Positions 26,944 through 35,199 are shown, counted from the stretch's first letter. The stretch is 43,126 bases of DNA from an uncultured Eubacteriales bacterium (GCA_948762645.1 CAQBRY010000004.1:1-43126); one strand, 5' to 3'. Notes: generated by a model not told the origin, from the sequence alone. Made by a program: numbers and translations.

Positions 26944-26949
26944 TATGTT

Positions 26950-27399
26950 TTATATAATATTTTTTAAAGCATCTATGCCCAAAAAATAACTGTTTTTTCC
27001 AAACCCAGTTATTTGTCCGACACATACACTAGCTATCACAGACTTAGATCTGAATTCCTCTCTTGTATATATATTCGACATATGAACTTCTACAAAAGGT
27101 ATCCTTATGGCAGAAATAGCATCTCTCAGACAATAACTATAATGCGCCAAAGCACCTGCATTAATGATCCCTCCTGAAATATCATCCCTTACTTCTTGAA
27201 TTTTGTCTATTAGGGCACCTTCAAAATTTGTCTGGAAAACCTCACAAGATAATCCCGCACTGTCTGCATATTCTATTATTTGGCACTTTATTTTATCTGC
27301 AGTTTCCTCACCATATATTCCTTTTTCTCTAATTCCTGTCATATTAAGATTTGGTCCCAATAATACTACTATATTTTTTCTTTTCAACAAAATCACCAA
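26950..27399 (-). CDS. aroQ: type II 3-dehydroquinate dehydratase
   Basis: LLGPNLNMTGIREKGIYG and HMSNIYTREEFR motifs. The start is ambiguous (TTG/GTG cluster 27399-27387; GGTGA 5 nt before the TTG at 27387). Confidence 0.9.
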   Translation of the reverse strand: MVILLKRKNIVVLLGPNLNMTGIREKGIYGEETADKIKCQIIEYADSAGLSCEVFQTNFEGALIDKIQEVRDDISGGIINAGALAHYSYCLRDAISAIRIPFVEVHMSNIYTREEFRSKSVIASVCVGQITGFGKNSYFLGIDALKNII

Positions 27400-27411
27400 C
27401 TATCAACGTAA

Positions 27412-27921
27412 TTATTTATTATCAAAATCTTTATTTTTTTTAAGATTTTTTCGTATGGGTTTTTCGACCCATCTTTTGACTTTAGATATCAAACTTTTTT
27501 TAACACCGACAGGGTCAACTAATATAGATTTTATTCCATATATATTCGCTCCTAAAATATCAGTAAAAATTTGGTCGCCTATCAAAATACATTTATCTTT
27601 GTTGCAAGAAACTATATTTAAAGCTCTGATTATACCTAAAGGTGTAGGCTTAAAACTAGAATATATAAATGGCAAGTTTAGTCTTTTAGCAATAAACTGT
27701 ACTCTGCTTTTATAATTATTGGAAACAAGAACTACCTTTATATTATTAGCTAGAATTTCTCCAAGCCACGATCTAAATCCAGGAATCAACTTAGGTGAAT
27801 CATGCTGTGCTATAGTATCGTCTATATCCAGCAAAATACACTCTATATTATTTCTCTTAAAAAAACATATTTCTATATCAATAATTTTTTCATAATAAAA
27901 ACCGGGATTAAAAAGACTCAT
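27412..27921 (-). CDS. yqeG: YqeG-family HAD-IIIA phosphatase
   Basis: LLDIDDTI (DxDxT), VLVSNN and IGDQIFTDILGAN motifs; 169 aa. Confidence 0.8.
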   Translation of the reverse strand: MSLFNPGFYYEKIIDIEICFFKRNNIECILLDIDDTIAQHDSPKLIPGFRSWLGEILANNIKVVLVSNNYKSRVQFIAKRLNLPFIYSSFKPTPLGIIRALNIVSCNKDKCILIGDQIFTDILGANIYGIKSILVDPVGVKKSLISKVKRWVEKPIRKNLKKNKDFDNK

Positions 27922-27974
27922 ATTATTTTATTCCCCAATAAACAATGATAATAGTAGAAAACTATGCAAATATA

Positions 27975-28004
27975 CAAATATAGTGGCTATTAAATTAGCC
28001 ACTA
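27975..28004 (-). terminator. putative terminator after rpsU
   Basis: TAGTGGCTA-ATTTAA-TAGCCACTA hairpin 7 nt after the stop. The downstream T-tract is only moderate (TATATTTGTATATTT). Confidence 0.4.
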
Positions 28005-28010
28005 CAAAAC

Positions 28011-28352
28011 TTAAAAGTAATTACTTTTTTTTCTATTTTTCTTTCTTGCCTCTTTAGATTTCTTCTTTCTCTTTACAGAGGGCTTATCATAAGCTTCCCT
28101 TTTTCTTACTTCTGATATAACTCCAGAACTTTGTCTTTTGAAACGTCTAAGGGCGCTATCCAAAGATTCATTCTTACCAACTATAACTTTATCAGATTTG
28201 AAGGAACCGTCGCTGTCTTTCGGTTTGTTTTCTGATTGTACAGGCTTTGGCACCGCGGTTTGATTTTCATTATTTCCCTGATCGTTATTTTCATTTAACT
28301 GAGCAGTGACTTTATCTTGTATCTCATTCGTTGAGGATTCATTATTCGACAT
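28011..28352 (-). CDS. rpsU: 30S ribosomal protein S21 with a 55-aa low-complexity N-terminal extension
   Basis: The C-terminal 58 aa ([54 protein letters not shown]) are canonical S21. A strong SD AGGAGGG lies 6 nt before the ATG at 28352. There is no start codon at the canonical S21 N-terminus. Confidence 0.85.
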   Translation of the reverse strand: MSNNESSTNEIQDKVTAQLNENNDQGNNENQTAVPKPVQSENKPKDSDGSFKSDKVIVGKNESLDSALRRFKRQSSGVISEVRKREAYDKPSVKRKKKSKEARKKNRKKSNYF

Positions 28353-28412
28353 TATTTTCCCTCCTATCCAATAAAAACTAGCGAGTATAAATTTTTATAT
28401 TATACGATATGC

Positions 28413-28442
28413 ATTATACCTTAAAAAATCAAATATTGTCAA
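28413..28442 (-). promoter_or_regulatory. putative sigma-A promoter for rpsU (TTGACA-18-TATAAT)
   Basis: Perfect hexamers: -35 at 28442-28437 and -10 at 28418-28413. Confidence 0.5.
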
Positions 28443-28498
28443 TACTATATAATTTTTAAAATATAAAAGTGACCACTAATTACTTAGCTTTATAAAAA

Positions 28499-29434
28499 TC
28501 ATATTTTATTAAAACTTCCTAAAACATTCTCAATTTTATGTCTAACTACTTCCTTTATAGCTGATCTTGCATCTGTTAAATACTGCCTTGGATCGAAATG
28601 TTTAGGATGTAGTGATAAATGCTCTCTAATAGAAGCAGTCATAGCAAGACGAAGGTCTGAATCTACGTTTATTTTGCAAACTGCCATTTTAGAAGATTTT
28701 TTGAGCAAATCTTCAGGTACCCCAATAGCATCTTCAAGACTTCCTCCAAATTTATTTATTTTCTCTACTAAATTAGGCAAAACACTCGATGCTCCGTGAA
28801 GTACTATTGGAAACTGCGGTAATTTTTTCTGGATTTCTTTCAGTATATCAAACCTAAGCTCTACCTTATGCCCCGGCTTAAATTTATAAGCTCCATGGCT
28901 CGTACCTATTGCTATGGCCAAAGAATCCACACCTGTTTTATTTACAAAATCCTCAACTTGAGAAGGGTCTGTATAAGAAGAATCTTTTTCAGATACATTT
29001 ACATCGTCTTCTATACCTGCAAGTTTTCCAAGTTCACCTTCTACAGTTACGTTATATTTATGAGCATAGTCTACAACTTTTTTTGTAACTTCAACGTTTT
29101 CGTCATAACTTAAACTCGACCCATCTATCATAACAGATGTAAATCCACCGTCTATACAGCTTTTACAAAGTTCAAAAGAATCTCCATGATCCAAATGAAG
29201 TGCTATAGGAATATTTGTTTCTTCAACGGCTGCTTCTACAAGCCTAACTAAATATTTATGTTTCGCATATTTTCTGGCCCCTGCGGAAACTTGTAAAATT
29301 ACGGGGGATTTCATTTCTTCACAAGCCTCCGTTATACCTTGTATTATTTCCATGTTATTAACATTAAACGCGCCCACAGCATACCCTTCATTATAAGCTT
29401 TTTTTAGCATTTCCTTTGTATTTACCAGTCCCAT
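28499..29434 (-). CDS. fba: class II fructose-1,6-bisphosphate aldolase
   Basis: MGLVNTKEMLKKAYNEGYAVGAFNVNNME..., HLDHG and GTSHGAYKF motifs. The track ORF is extended 10 codons upstream to 29464. Confidence 0.9.
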   Translation of the reverse strand: MGLVNTKEMLKKAYNEGYAVGAFNVNNMEIIQGITEACEEMKSPVILQVSAGARKYAKHKYLVRLVEAAVEETNIPIALHLDHGDSFELCKSCIDGGFTSVMIDGSSLSYDENVEVTKKVVDYAHKYNVTVEGELGKLAGIEDDVNVSEKDSSYTDPSQVEDFVNKTGVDSLAIAIGTSHGAYKFKPGHKVELRFDILKEIQKKLPQFPIVLHGASSVLPNLVEKINKFGGSLEDAIGVPEDLLKKSSKMAVCKINVDSDLRLAMTASIREHLSLHPKHFDPRQYLTDARSAIKEVVRHKIENVLGSFNKI

Positions 29435-29517
29435 TATACTATTCACTCCCAAATAAAAATACATATAATATCTATATCGAATATTATATGTATTATAAAT
29501 TAAATTAAAAGTATATA

Positions 29518-30987
29518 CTAGTTATTTCTTCTTCTCATAATAAATACCCATATTCCTGCTATTATGACTATCACCGGAAGAGCAACTGCAAAAACAATTC
29601 CCAAAATAGCACTGCTTTGAGCATTCATTCCAATAGACTGTCCTGTAAGGGATTTAGATTCTATATTTACTACTTCTTCTTTACGCCCTGCGATCAAACT
29701 TAAGAAATTTAAGAAATATGAAGAGTTATTAAGTGAACTTCTCGAAAGCATACCTGAATCTACGGCTGTAACTGATCCTACCAGTGTAAATGTAGATTTT
29801 TCATCAGAACCTTCTTTTTTCTCAGTCGATAAAACCATCGCCGGAATTGGTCCCTTAATTTTTGAATCACTAATATTCCATTTTTCATCGGCATCTTCTG
29901 GCATTACGCATGAAGACTCCGAAAATTCAAGAAGCGTTTCAACTTTTTCTTCATTTAATATTTTAATAGGTCTACTAATCGGTATCGCAACCGGTATTGA
30001 CTGACTTTTGAGTTTTTCTGTATACGTCATGCTTACGTAATCCGTAAGTGTATTAAAGAAATTATTTGATGCAAATACCTTAGAAGGATCTGTTTCAAGA
30101 ACTATTCCATGCTGGGCTTCGATTCCCCAGTCGCTAAGAAGTGAATTTAATTTTTCTGCATTACTCTGGTAAGGATTAATAAAACATATTATATTTTTTC
30201 CAAAATTACCTTTATTCTTCAAGTATTCCTTAATTTTGCTTAAAGCTTCATCATCAAAATCTCTTGCGGGAGCATATATAATAGACAAATTGGAATCTTC
30301 ATCTATGTCATCTGTGAGAAGTGATTTAGAAACTACGTCATAATTATTATTTTTTAACATTCTTGTAAATGAGTCGGAAGACATCTCTTCAAAACCTGTA
30401 AGCATCGTAATTTTTATCTTTTCATCGCTTATAACTCCAATAATAGCCGAAGTCATAGTCTGCTCCGCCTTAGACGACGCTATATTCATCCCCATATATG
30501 ACTGCTGAACATCAAAAATATCGTTTGCCGAAAGAATTTTATATCTTCCGTTGTCAACGCACTTTACAATTATACCATTATCACTAAGTTCATCTTCGCC
30601 ATAAGAACTTTTAAGCCCCGGATTTTGTTCAAGGTCAGCATACTTTACACTTATTTTATCATTATACTTAGAATATTCGTTTATAACGCTATTAGCTTGA
30701 GAGAAGTAGTCTCCATTGGCAACAAAATTTTCCTGACTATTAAGCACTGTTATCTCAATTTGTTTGTCTAACTTAGATAAATAGTCTACAGAATCCTGAG
30801 TTAAACTAAAAGCCTTATTTTTAGTAATATCAAATTCTAAGGAAAATTTATCCGTACACATCTTCGCTGCAACATTAAGAAGTACTACCGTAACAACTGC
30901 TAAAATAGTTATGAACGTATATAAACCGTCATATCTAAATTTAGGATCCTTAAATTTACTCATAATTGATGATTTGTCTAATTTCAT
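29518..30987 (-). CDS. GldG-like auxiliary component of an ABC-2 transport system
   Basis: 489 aa with N- and C-terminal TM anchors flanking a large extracytoplasmic domain. It sits directly downstream of an ABC-2 permease and ATPase. Confidence 0.65.
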   Translation of the reverse strand: MKLDKSSIMSKFKDPKFRYDGLYTFITILAVVTVVLLNVAAKMCTDKFSLEFDITKNKAFSLTQDSVDYLSKLDKQIEITVLNSQENFVANGDYFSQANSVINEYSKYNDKISVKYADLEQNPGLKSSYGEDELSDNGIIVKCVDNGRYKILSANDIFDVQQSYMGMNIASSKAEQTMTSAIIGVISDEKIKITMLTGFEEMSSDSFTRMLKNNNYDVVSKSLLTDDIDEDSNLSIIYAPARDFDDEALSKIKEYLKNKGNFGKNIICFINPYQSNAEKLNSLLSDWGIEAQHGIVLETDPSKVFASNNFFNTLTDYVSMTYTEKLKSQSIPVAIPISRPIKILNEEKVETLLEFSESSCVMPEDADEKWNISDSKIKGPIPAMVLSTEKKEGSDEKSTFTLVGSVTAVDSGMLSRSSLNNSSYFLNFLSLIAGRKEEVVNIESKSLTGQSIGMNAQSSAILGIVFAVALPVIVIIAGIWVFIMRRRNN

Positions 30988-31002
30988 ATTAATTTTCCCC
31001 CC

Positions 31003-31707
31003 TTAGTTCCATCTCTTTTTTTCTAAAACTCTAGTTGTCAAAAACAGGAAAAGCAAACATACGCTTAGGAAAAATACTATATCTGCTACATTTATAAGTC
31101 CTAACGTAAAACTCTTATAATGTTTAGAAAATGAAAGGTATGAAATTATTTCATGTAAAGTTTTATCAGTAAAAAATCCGGCTATACCATCCATTAAAAG
31201 TATAAGCAGCGATACAGCATAACTTGATATTGCCGATACAACTTGACTTTCTGTCAAAGAAGATAAAAATATCCCTACAGCTATTAAAGCAGCCCCCATT
31301 AAAAATAACCCCACAAAATTTCCTACTATCTCTATCCAATTAGGTACCGTATAATAAGCAATAATAATACCATAAACTAATGTTATGCCTATACCAACTG
31401 TATAAACGGCAAGAGCGGAAAAATATTTTCCAAGAACTATCGACCAAGAACTAATTGGAGCTGTAAACAAAGCTTGATCTGTTTTGGCTCTTTTTTCTTC
31501 ACTGATTAACCTCATAGTAAGTATTGGCATCAAAAATACCGTTATCATAAGTAAATTGGCAAAAACTCCATTAAGACTCGCACTATCGGAAAAGAGGGAA
31601 GTAGCCCAAAAAAATATTCCACTAAAAAGATAAAGCACAGCTATAAAAATATATCCAACTATAGAATTAAAATATGAGGACATCTCTTTTTTAAATATCG
31701 CTATCAT
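31003..31707 (-). CDS. ABC-2 family transporter permease (GldF-like)
   Basis: Six predicted TM segments. The ATG at 31707 has AAGGAG 8 nt upstream; the track ORF starts at GTG 31728. Confidence 0.75.
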   Translation of the reverse strand: MIAIFKKEMSSYFNSIVGYIFIAVLYLFSGIFFWATSLFSDSASLNGVFANLLMITVFLMPILTMRLISEEKRAKTDQALFTAPISSWSIVLGKYFSALAVYTVGIGITLVYGIIIAYYTVPNWIEIVGNFVGLFLMGAALIAVGIFLSSLTESQVVSAISSYAVSLLILLMDGIAGFFTDKTLHEIISYLSFSKHYKSFTLGLINVADIVFFLSVCLLFLFLTTRVLEKKRWN

Positions 31708-32794
31708 TACTGTCACTCCTTTGAACACTGGTATTCTCAGCAGTATTTTCTAAACTTTCGTCTGCATTATCATCATTCAGAACTTCTTTATCATTTAAAG
31801 ATTCTTCTTGGCTGCCTTGTAAATCTTCTGCAGTTTCATTACATTCACCATTGATAACATTATCTTGCCTACTTGTAAGCTCAATAAATACGTCCTCTAA
31901 AGAAGGCTCCATTATATCAAATTTTATTATAGGCATATCGTTTTGAGCAAGAGCTTTAAACATTCCCCTTCTTATATCAAATCCCTTTTCAAAAGTTATA
32001 ATATACTCGTATATATTATCACCTTTATGGGATATATCATTAATTTCAATTACTCCTTGCACTTCTTTTATGATTTCTTGTACTTTTTGAGTGTCCCCGT
32101 CCACTTGAGCTACAATTTTATCAGACATATGTGAAGTACCGGATAAAAGTTCCGCAGGATTATCCGCTACTATTCTTCCCTTATTAATAACTAAAATCCT
32201 ACTGCATACAGCCTGAACTTCAGAAAGAATATGAGAAGAAAATATGACCGTATGATTTTTAGACAGACTCTTTATAAGGTTCCTTACACTTATAATTTGC
32301 TTTGGGTCAAGCCCAACGGTCGGCTCATCTAAAATTATAACCGGAGGATATCCAATAAGCGCTTGAGCAATACCGATTCTTTGCTTATATCCTTTAGATA
32401 ATTTTTTAATAGTTCTATTATACACGTCTAATATGCCGACCTTTTCGCATATTTCATTTATATGCTGCTGTTTATTTAACCTTACCTTCTTAAGATCATA
32501 CATAAAATTGAGATATCCTTTTACAGTCATATCCATATATAAAGGAGGTTGCTCAGGAAGATATCCTATTCTTGATTTTGCTTTTTTAGGTTCTCTGATG
32601 ATATCAAATCCATCTATCAAAACGGTTCCTTTAGTAGGAGCAATATATCCTGTTATTATATTCATGGTAGTAGATTTTCCTGCTCCATTAGGTCCGAGAA
32701 ATCCTAGTATCTCTCCTTCATTCACAGTAAAATTGATCTCATCTAAAGCTTTTTTACCCGCATAATATTTTTCTATTTTTTTTACTTCAATCAC
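31691..32794 (-). CDS. ABC transporter ATP-binding protein (GldA-like) with acidic C-terminal tail
   Basis: Walker A GPNGAGKST, signature LSKGYKQR and Walker B ILDEP. The GTG at 32794 has GGAAGGGG upstream. The C-terminal about 55 aa is a D/E/N/S-rich tail. Confidence 0.85.
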   Translation of the reverse strand: MIEVKKIEKYYAGKKALDEINFTVNEGEILGFLGPNGAGKSTTMNIITGYIAPTKGTVLIDGFDIIREPKKAKSRIGYLPEQPPLYMDMTVKGYLNFMYDLKKVRLNKQQHINEICEKVGILDVYNRTIKKLSKGYKQRIGIAQALIGYPPVIILDEPTVGLDPKQIISVRNLIKSLSKNHTVIFSSHILSEVQAVCSRILVINKGRIVADNPAELLSGTSHMSDKIVAQVDGDTQKVQEIIKEVQGVIEINDISHKGDNIYEYIITFEKGFDIRRGMFKALAQNDMPIIKFDIMEPSLEDVFIELTSRQDNVINGECNETAEDLQGSQEESLNDKEVLNDDNADESLENTAENTSVQRSDSNDSDI

Positions 32795-32895
32795 TATTAA
32801 AGACCCCTTCCTATATATAAATATATAAATAATCTCCCATATCGTTACTTTTAATAACATCCTATGGGAGAAAGAACTTAAAATGAAAACGGGCT

Positions 32896-33162
32896 TTAGT
32901 CGCTGGTATATGAAAGAAGCGCTAAATACCTTGCTCTTTTTATAGCAGTAGTAAGTACCCTTTGATGTCTGGCGCAGGTACCAGTAACTCTACGAGGAAG
33001 TATTTTAGATCTTTCGGACATAAATCTTCTTAACTTTGAAGCATCTTTATAATCGATTACCGCTCCTCTGTCCGTACAAAACTGGCACACTTTCTTACGT
33101 CTGCGTCCGCCTCTGTGATCTCTTCTATCTTGTCTTTCTGCTCTTTCCGGCTTATCTGACAT
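32896..33162 (-). CDS. rpsR: 30S ribosomal protein S18
   Basis: KKVCQFC...IDYKD...[25 protein letters not shown] is canonical S18. Confidence 0.95.
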   Translation of the reverse strand: MSDKPERAERQDRRDHRGGRRRKKVCQFCTDRGAVIDYKDASKLRRFMSERSKILPRRVTGTCARHQRVLTTAIKRARYLALLSYTSD

Positions 33163-33215
33163 TGTTTTATTTCCCTCCCTTTATCTAAATAATTAAGTTA
33201 AAAATTTTTTAAAAA

Positions 33216-33659
33216 TTAAAATGGTAAATCATCATCAGACTGTATTTCCTGAAAATCACTGTCGCTTCCACTTATATAAGCTGCCTGACCTTCTGATTTA
33301 CTATTATCCTCAAACTGACCAGAACTATTTGAACTATCTTTTTTAGATTCTACAAAGTGAACATTATTAGCAATAACTTCAAAAGCTTTTCTTTTATTTC
33401 CATCTTTGTCTTGATACGTTCTTGTCTGGATAGAACCTTCGATAGCTATTAGCTGACCTTTTTTAAAATATTTAGCAATAAACTCAGCAGTACTGCGCCA
33501 TGCCACAATATCTATAAAATCTGTTTGTCTTTCTTCTCCTGATCTTGCAAAAGATCTTCCAACTGCTATATTAAAACTTGTAACGGGGATACTATTGGGA
33601 GTATGCCTAAGTTCCGGATCAACGGTAAGTCTACCTACCAATGCTACAACATTTAACAT
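33216..33659 (-). CDS. ssb: single-stranded DNA-binding protein
   Basis: MLNVVALVGRLTVDPELRHT OB fold and the acidic C-terminal tip DDDLPF. Confidence 0.95.
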   Translation of the reverse strand: MLNVVALVGRLTVDPELRHTPNSIPVTSFNIAVGRSFARSGEERQTDFIDIVAWRSTAEFIAKYFKKGQLIAIEGSIQTRTYQDKDGNKRKAFEVIANNVHFVESKKDSSNSSGQFEDNSKSEGQAAYISGSDSDFQEIQSDDDLPF

Positions 33660-33677
33660 CTAAAAATTCACTTCCCT

Positions 33678-33974
33678 TTAGTCTTCCTTTTTTACAATTA
33701 ATGATCTAAGTATTCCATCTGTAATCTTGCTTATACGGTCAAGTTCAGCTGGAAACTTTGCATCACTTTTAAAACTAAACAATATATAAATCCCTTCAGA
33801 CTCCTTGTTAATTAAATAAGCAAGTTTACGTTTTCCCCACTTATCTACATTTTCAAGTATAGCCTCTTTCTCGATTAGTTCCTTAAATTTGTTAGTAATT
33901 CCCTCAATGGAATCCTCTGAAAGTTTAGAAGAAATAACGAGCATAAATTCATAAAAATGCTTAATTTCTGCCAT
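33678..33974 (-). CDS. rpsF: 30S ribosomal protein S6
   Basis: 98 aa with YEFMLVI...WGKRKLAY, in the conserved rpsF-ssb-rpsR arrangement. Confidence 0.9.
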   Translation of the reverse strand: MAEIKHFYEFMLVISSKLSEDSIEGITNKFKELIEKEAILENVDKWGKRKLAYLINKESEGIYILFSFKSDAKFPAELDRISKITDGILRSLIVKKED

Positions 33975-34060
33975 AAACGCACCTCCTTTTGGACATTAGA
34001 CTCTTATTGCATATAAGAGTAAGGATGTAATATCATTAATACATGATAAAAACATCCCAC

Positions 34061-34089
34061 ATTATACCATTTATAAAATTAAGAGTCAA
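34061..34089 (-). promoter_or_regulatory. putative sigma-A promoter of the rpsF-ssb-rpsR operon (TTGACT-17-TATAAT, with TGg extension)
   Basis: The -35 is at 34089-34084 and the -10 at 34066-34061, giving an about 80-nt structured leader. Confidence 0.55.
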
Positions 34090-34174
34090 TGTTCAATATA
34101 TTAGTTTTATAAATAACTACATATCAGAATTAAAAAATTTGCTTAATTATATTTTGAAATTTTAAATATTTTTA

Positions 34175-34202
34175 TTGACTATATATATTATATATGTATA
34201 AT
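34175..34202 (+). promoter_or_regulatory. putative sigma-A promoter of the kinase gene (TTGACT-16-TATAAT)
   Basis: The -35 is at 34175-34180 and the -10 at 34197-34202. The spacer is TA-rich. Confidence 0.55.
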
Positions 34203-34225
34203 AATTATAAAAGGAGATGATTGTT

Positions 34226-35137
34226 ATGAATAAAGAAGAAGCAAAAAAATTTTTGGAAAACCACGGCTATAATGTTAAACAATTTCTTGGAGAAGGATCA
34301 TTCAGTAAAGTTTTTAAATGTGCAAATCCGAAGAAGGAACTCGTTGCCGCTAAAGTTATTTGCGTAGAAGACGAACAACAAATTCAAAGGGAAATTAATA
34401 CTGCCAAAGAAATAGAAGCAGCAAAACCTCTGGACTTTTCAAAGTATAAATTTGAATTTAGCCAAGCATTTAAACAACGTGCCAAAAACTATTATAAATA
34501 CCTTAATGTTCCTACCGTAAAGGAATTTTCAGGTGGAACTTTTAATGTTGTCGTTGAAGCCCCCTTAGTCGACAGTGACACTTGGAAATCTATTATAGAA
34601 GGTCCAAATGAGGGAAAAGTTCCCTATGATAAATTTAAACAAGTGGCTAAAAGCGTACTAAAAGCACTTACTGTTCTGAATGCTCGAGGAATAGCTCATT
34701 TCGATATAAAACCCGAAAACATATATCAATGCACTTCCGCAAGCGGGATAACTAAATTTAGTTTGGGAGACTTCGGTCTTTCCGGAGAAACTATTGACCC
34801 CAAAACAGAGCAAGAAGAGTATCGCCGTAAAGGCTCTCCCGCTTTTGCCGCTCCTGAATTGTTTGGAAGTAAATTAGATCAAAAACAAATTAAAAAAGTT
34901 GATGTCTACTCGCTTGGAGCTACGCTTTTTCTAATGTTTCTTGCTAAGAAGAAAGACTTCATAAATGCAAATCAACTTCCTAATGCTATAAAAAGATTAC
35001 AGAGTGGAACAATTTATGCAAATACAAATAAAGAGATTAAAAGAAAATTTCTTGATTTTGTAAAGTATTGTACAACACTAAATCCTGCACAAAGGCCAAC
35101 TCCTTCACAGGCATTAACCCATCCGTTCCTAACATAA
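34226..35137 (+). CDS. Hanks-type (eukaryote-like) Ser/Thr protein kinase, soluble, no PASTA/TM region, non-RD (HFD)
   Basis: G-loop GEGSFSKV, VAAK lysine, catalytic loop HFDIKPEN, DFG, APE (SPAFAAPE) and DVYSLG. The second ATG (34226) lies 9 nt after SD AAAGGAG; the track start is 34217. Confidence 0.8.
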   Translation: MNKEEAKKFLENHGYNVKQFLGEGSFSKVFKCANPKKELVAAKVICVEDEQQIQREINTAKEIEAAKPLDFSKYKFEFSQAFKQRAKNYYKYLNVPTVKEFSGGTFNVVVEAPLVDSDTWKSIIEGPNEGKVPYDKFKQVAKSVLKALTVLNARGIAHFDIKPENIYQCTSASGITKFSLGDFGLSGETIDPKTEQEEYRRKGSPAFAAPELFGSKLDQKQIKKVDVYSLGATLFLMFLAKKKDFINANQLPNAIKRLQSGTIYANTNKEIKRKFLDFVKYCTTLNPAQRPTPSQALTHPFLT

Positions 35138-35161
35138 TCAGCTATTTAAAAAACATTTTAG

Positions 35162-35199
35162 AATCATAGCACTTTCAAAAAAGTGTCTATGATTTTTTT
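35162..35199. terminator. bidirectional terminator between the kinase gene and sigF
   Basis: AATCATAGCAC / GTG(T)CTATGATT stem with a one-nt bulge. It is flanked by A-rich sequence 5' and a T-run 3'. Confidence 0.55.
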
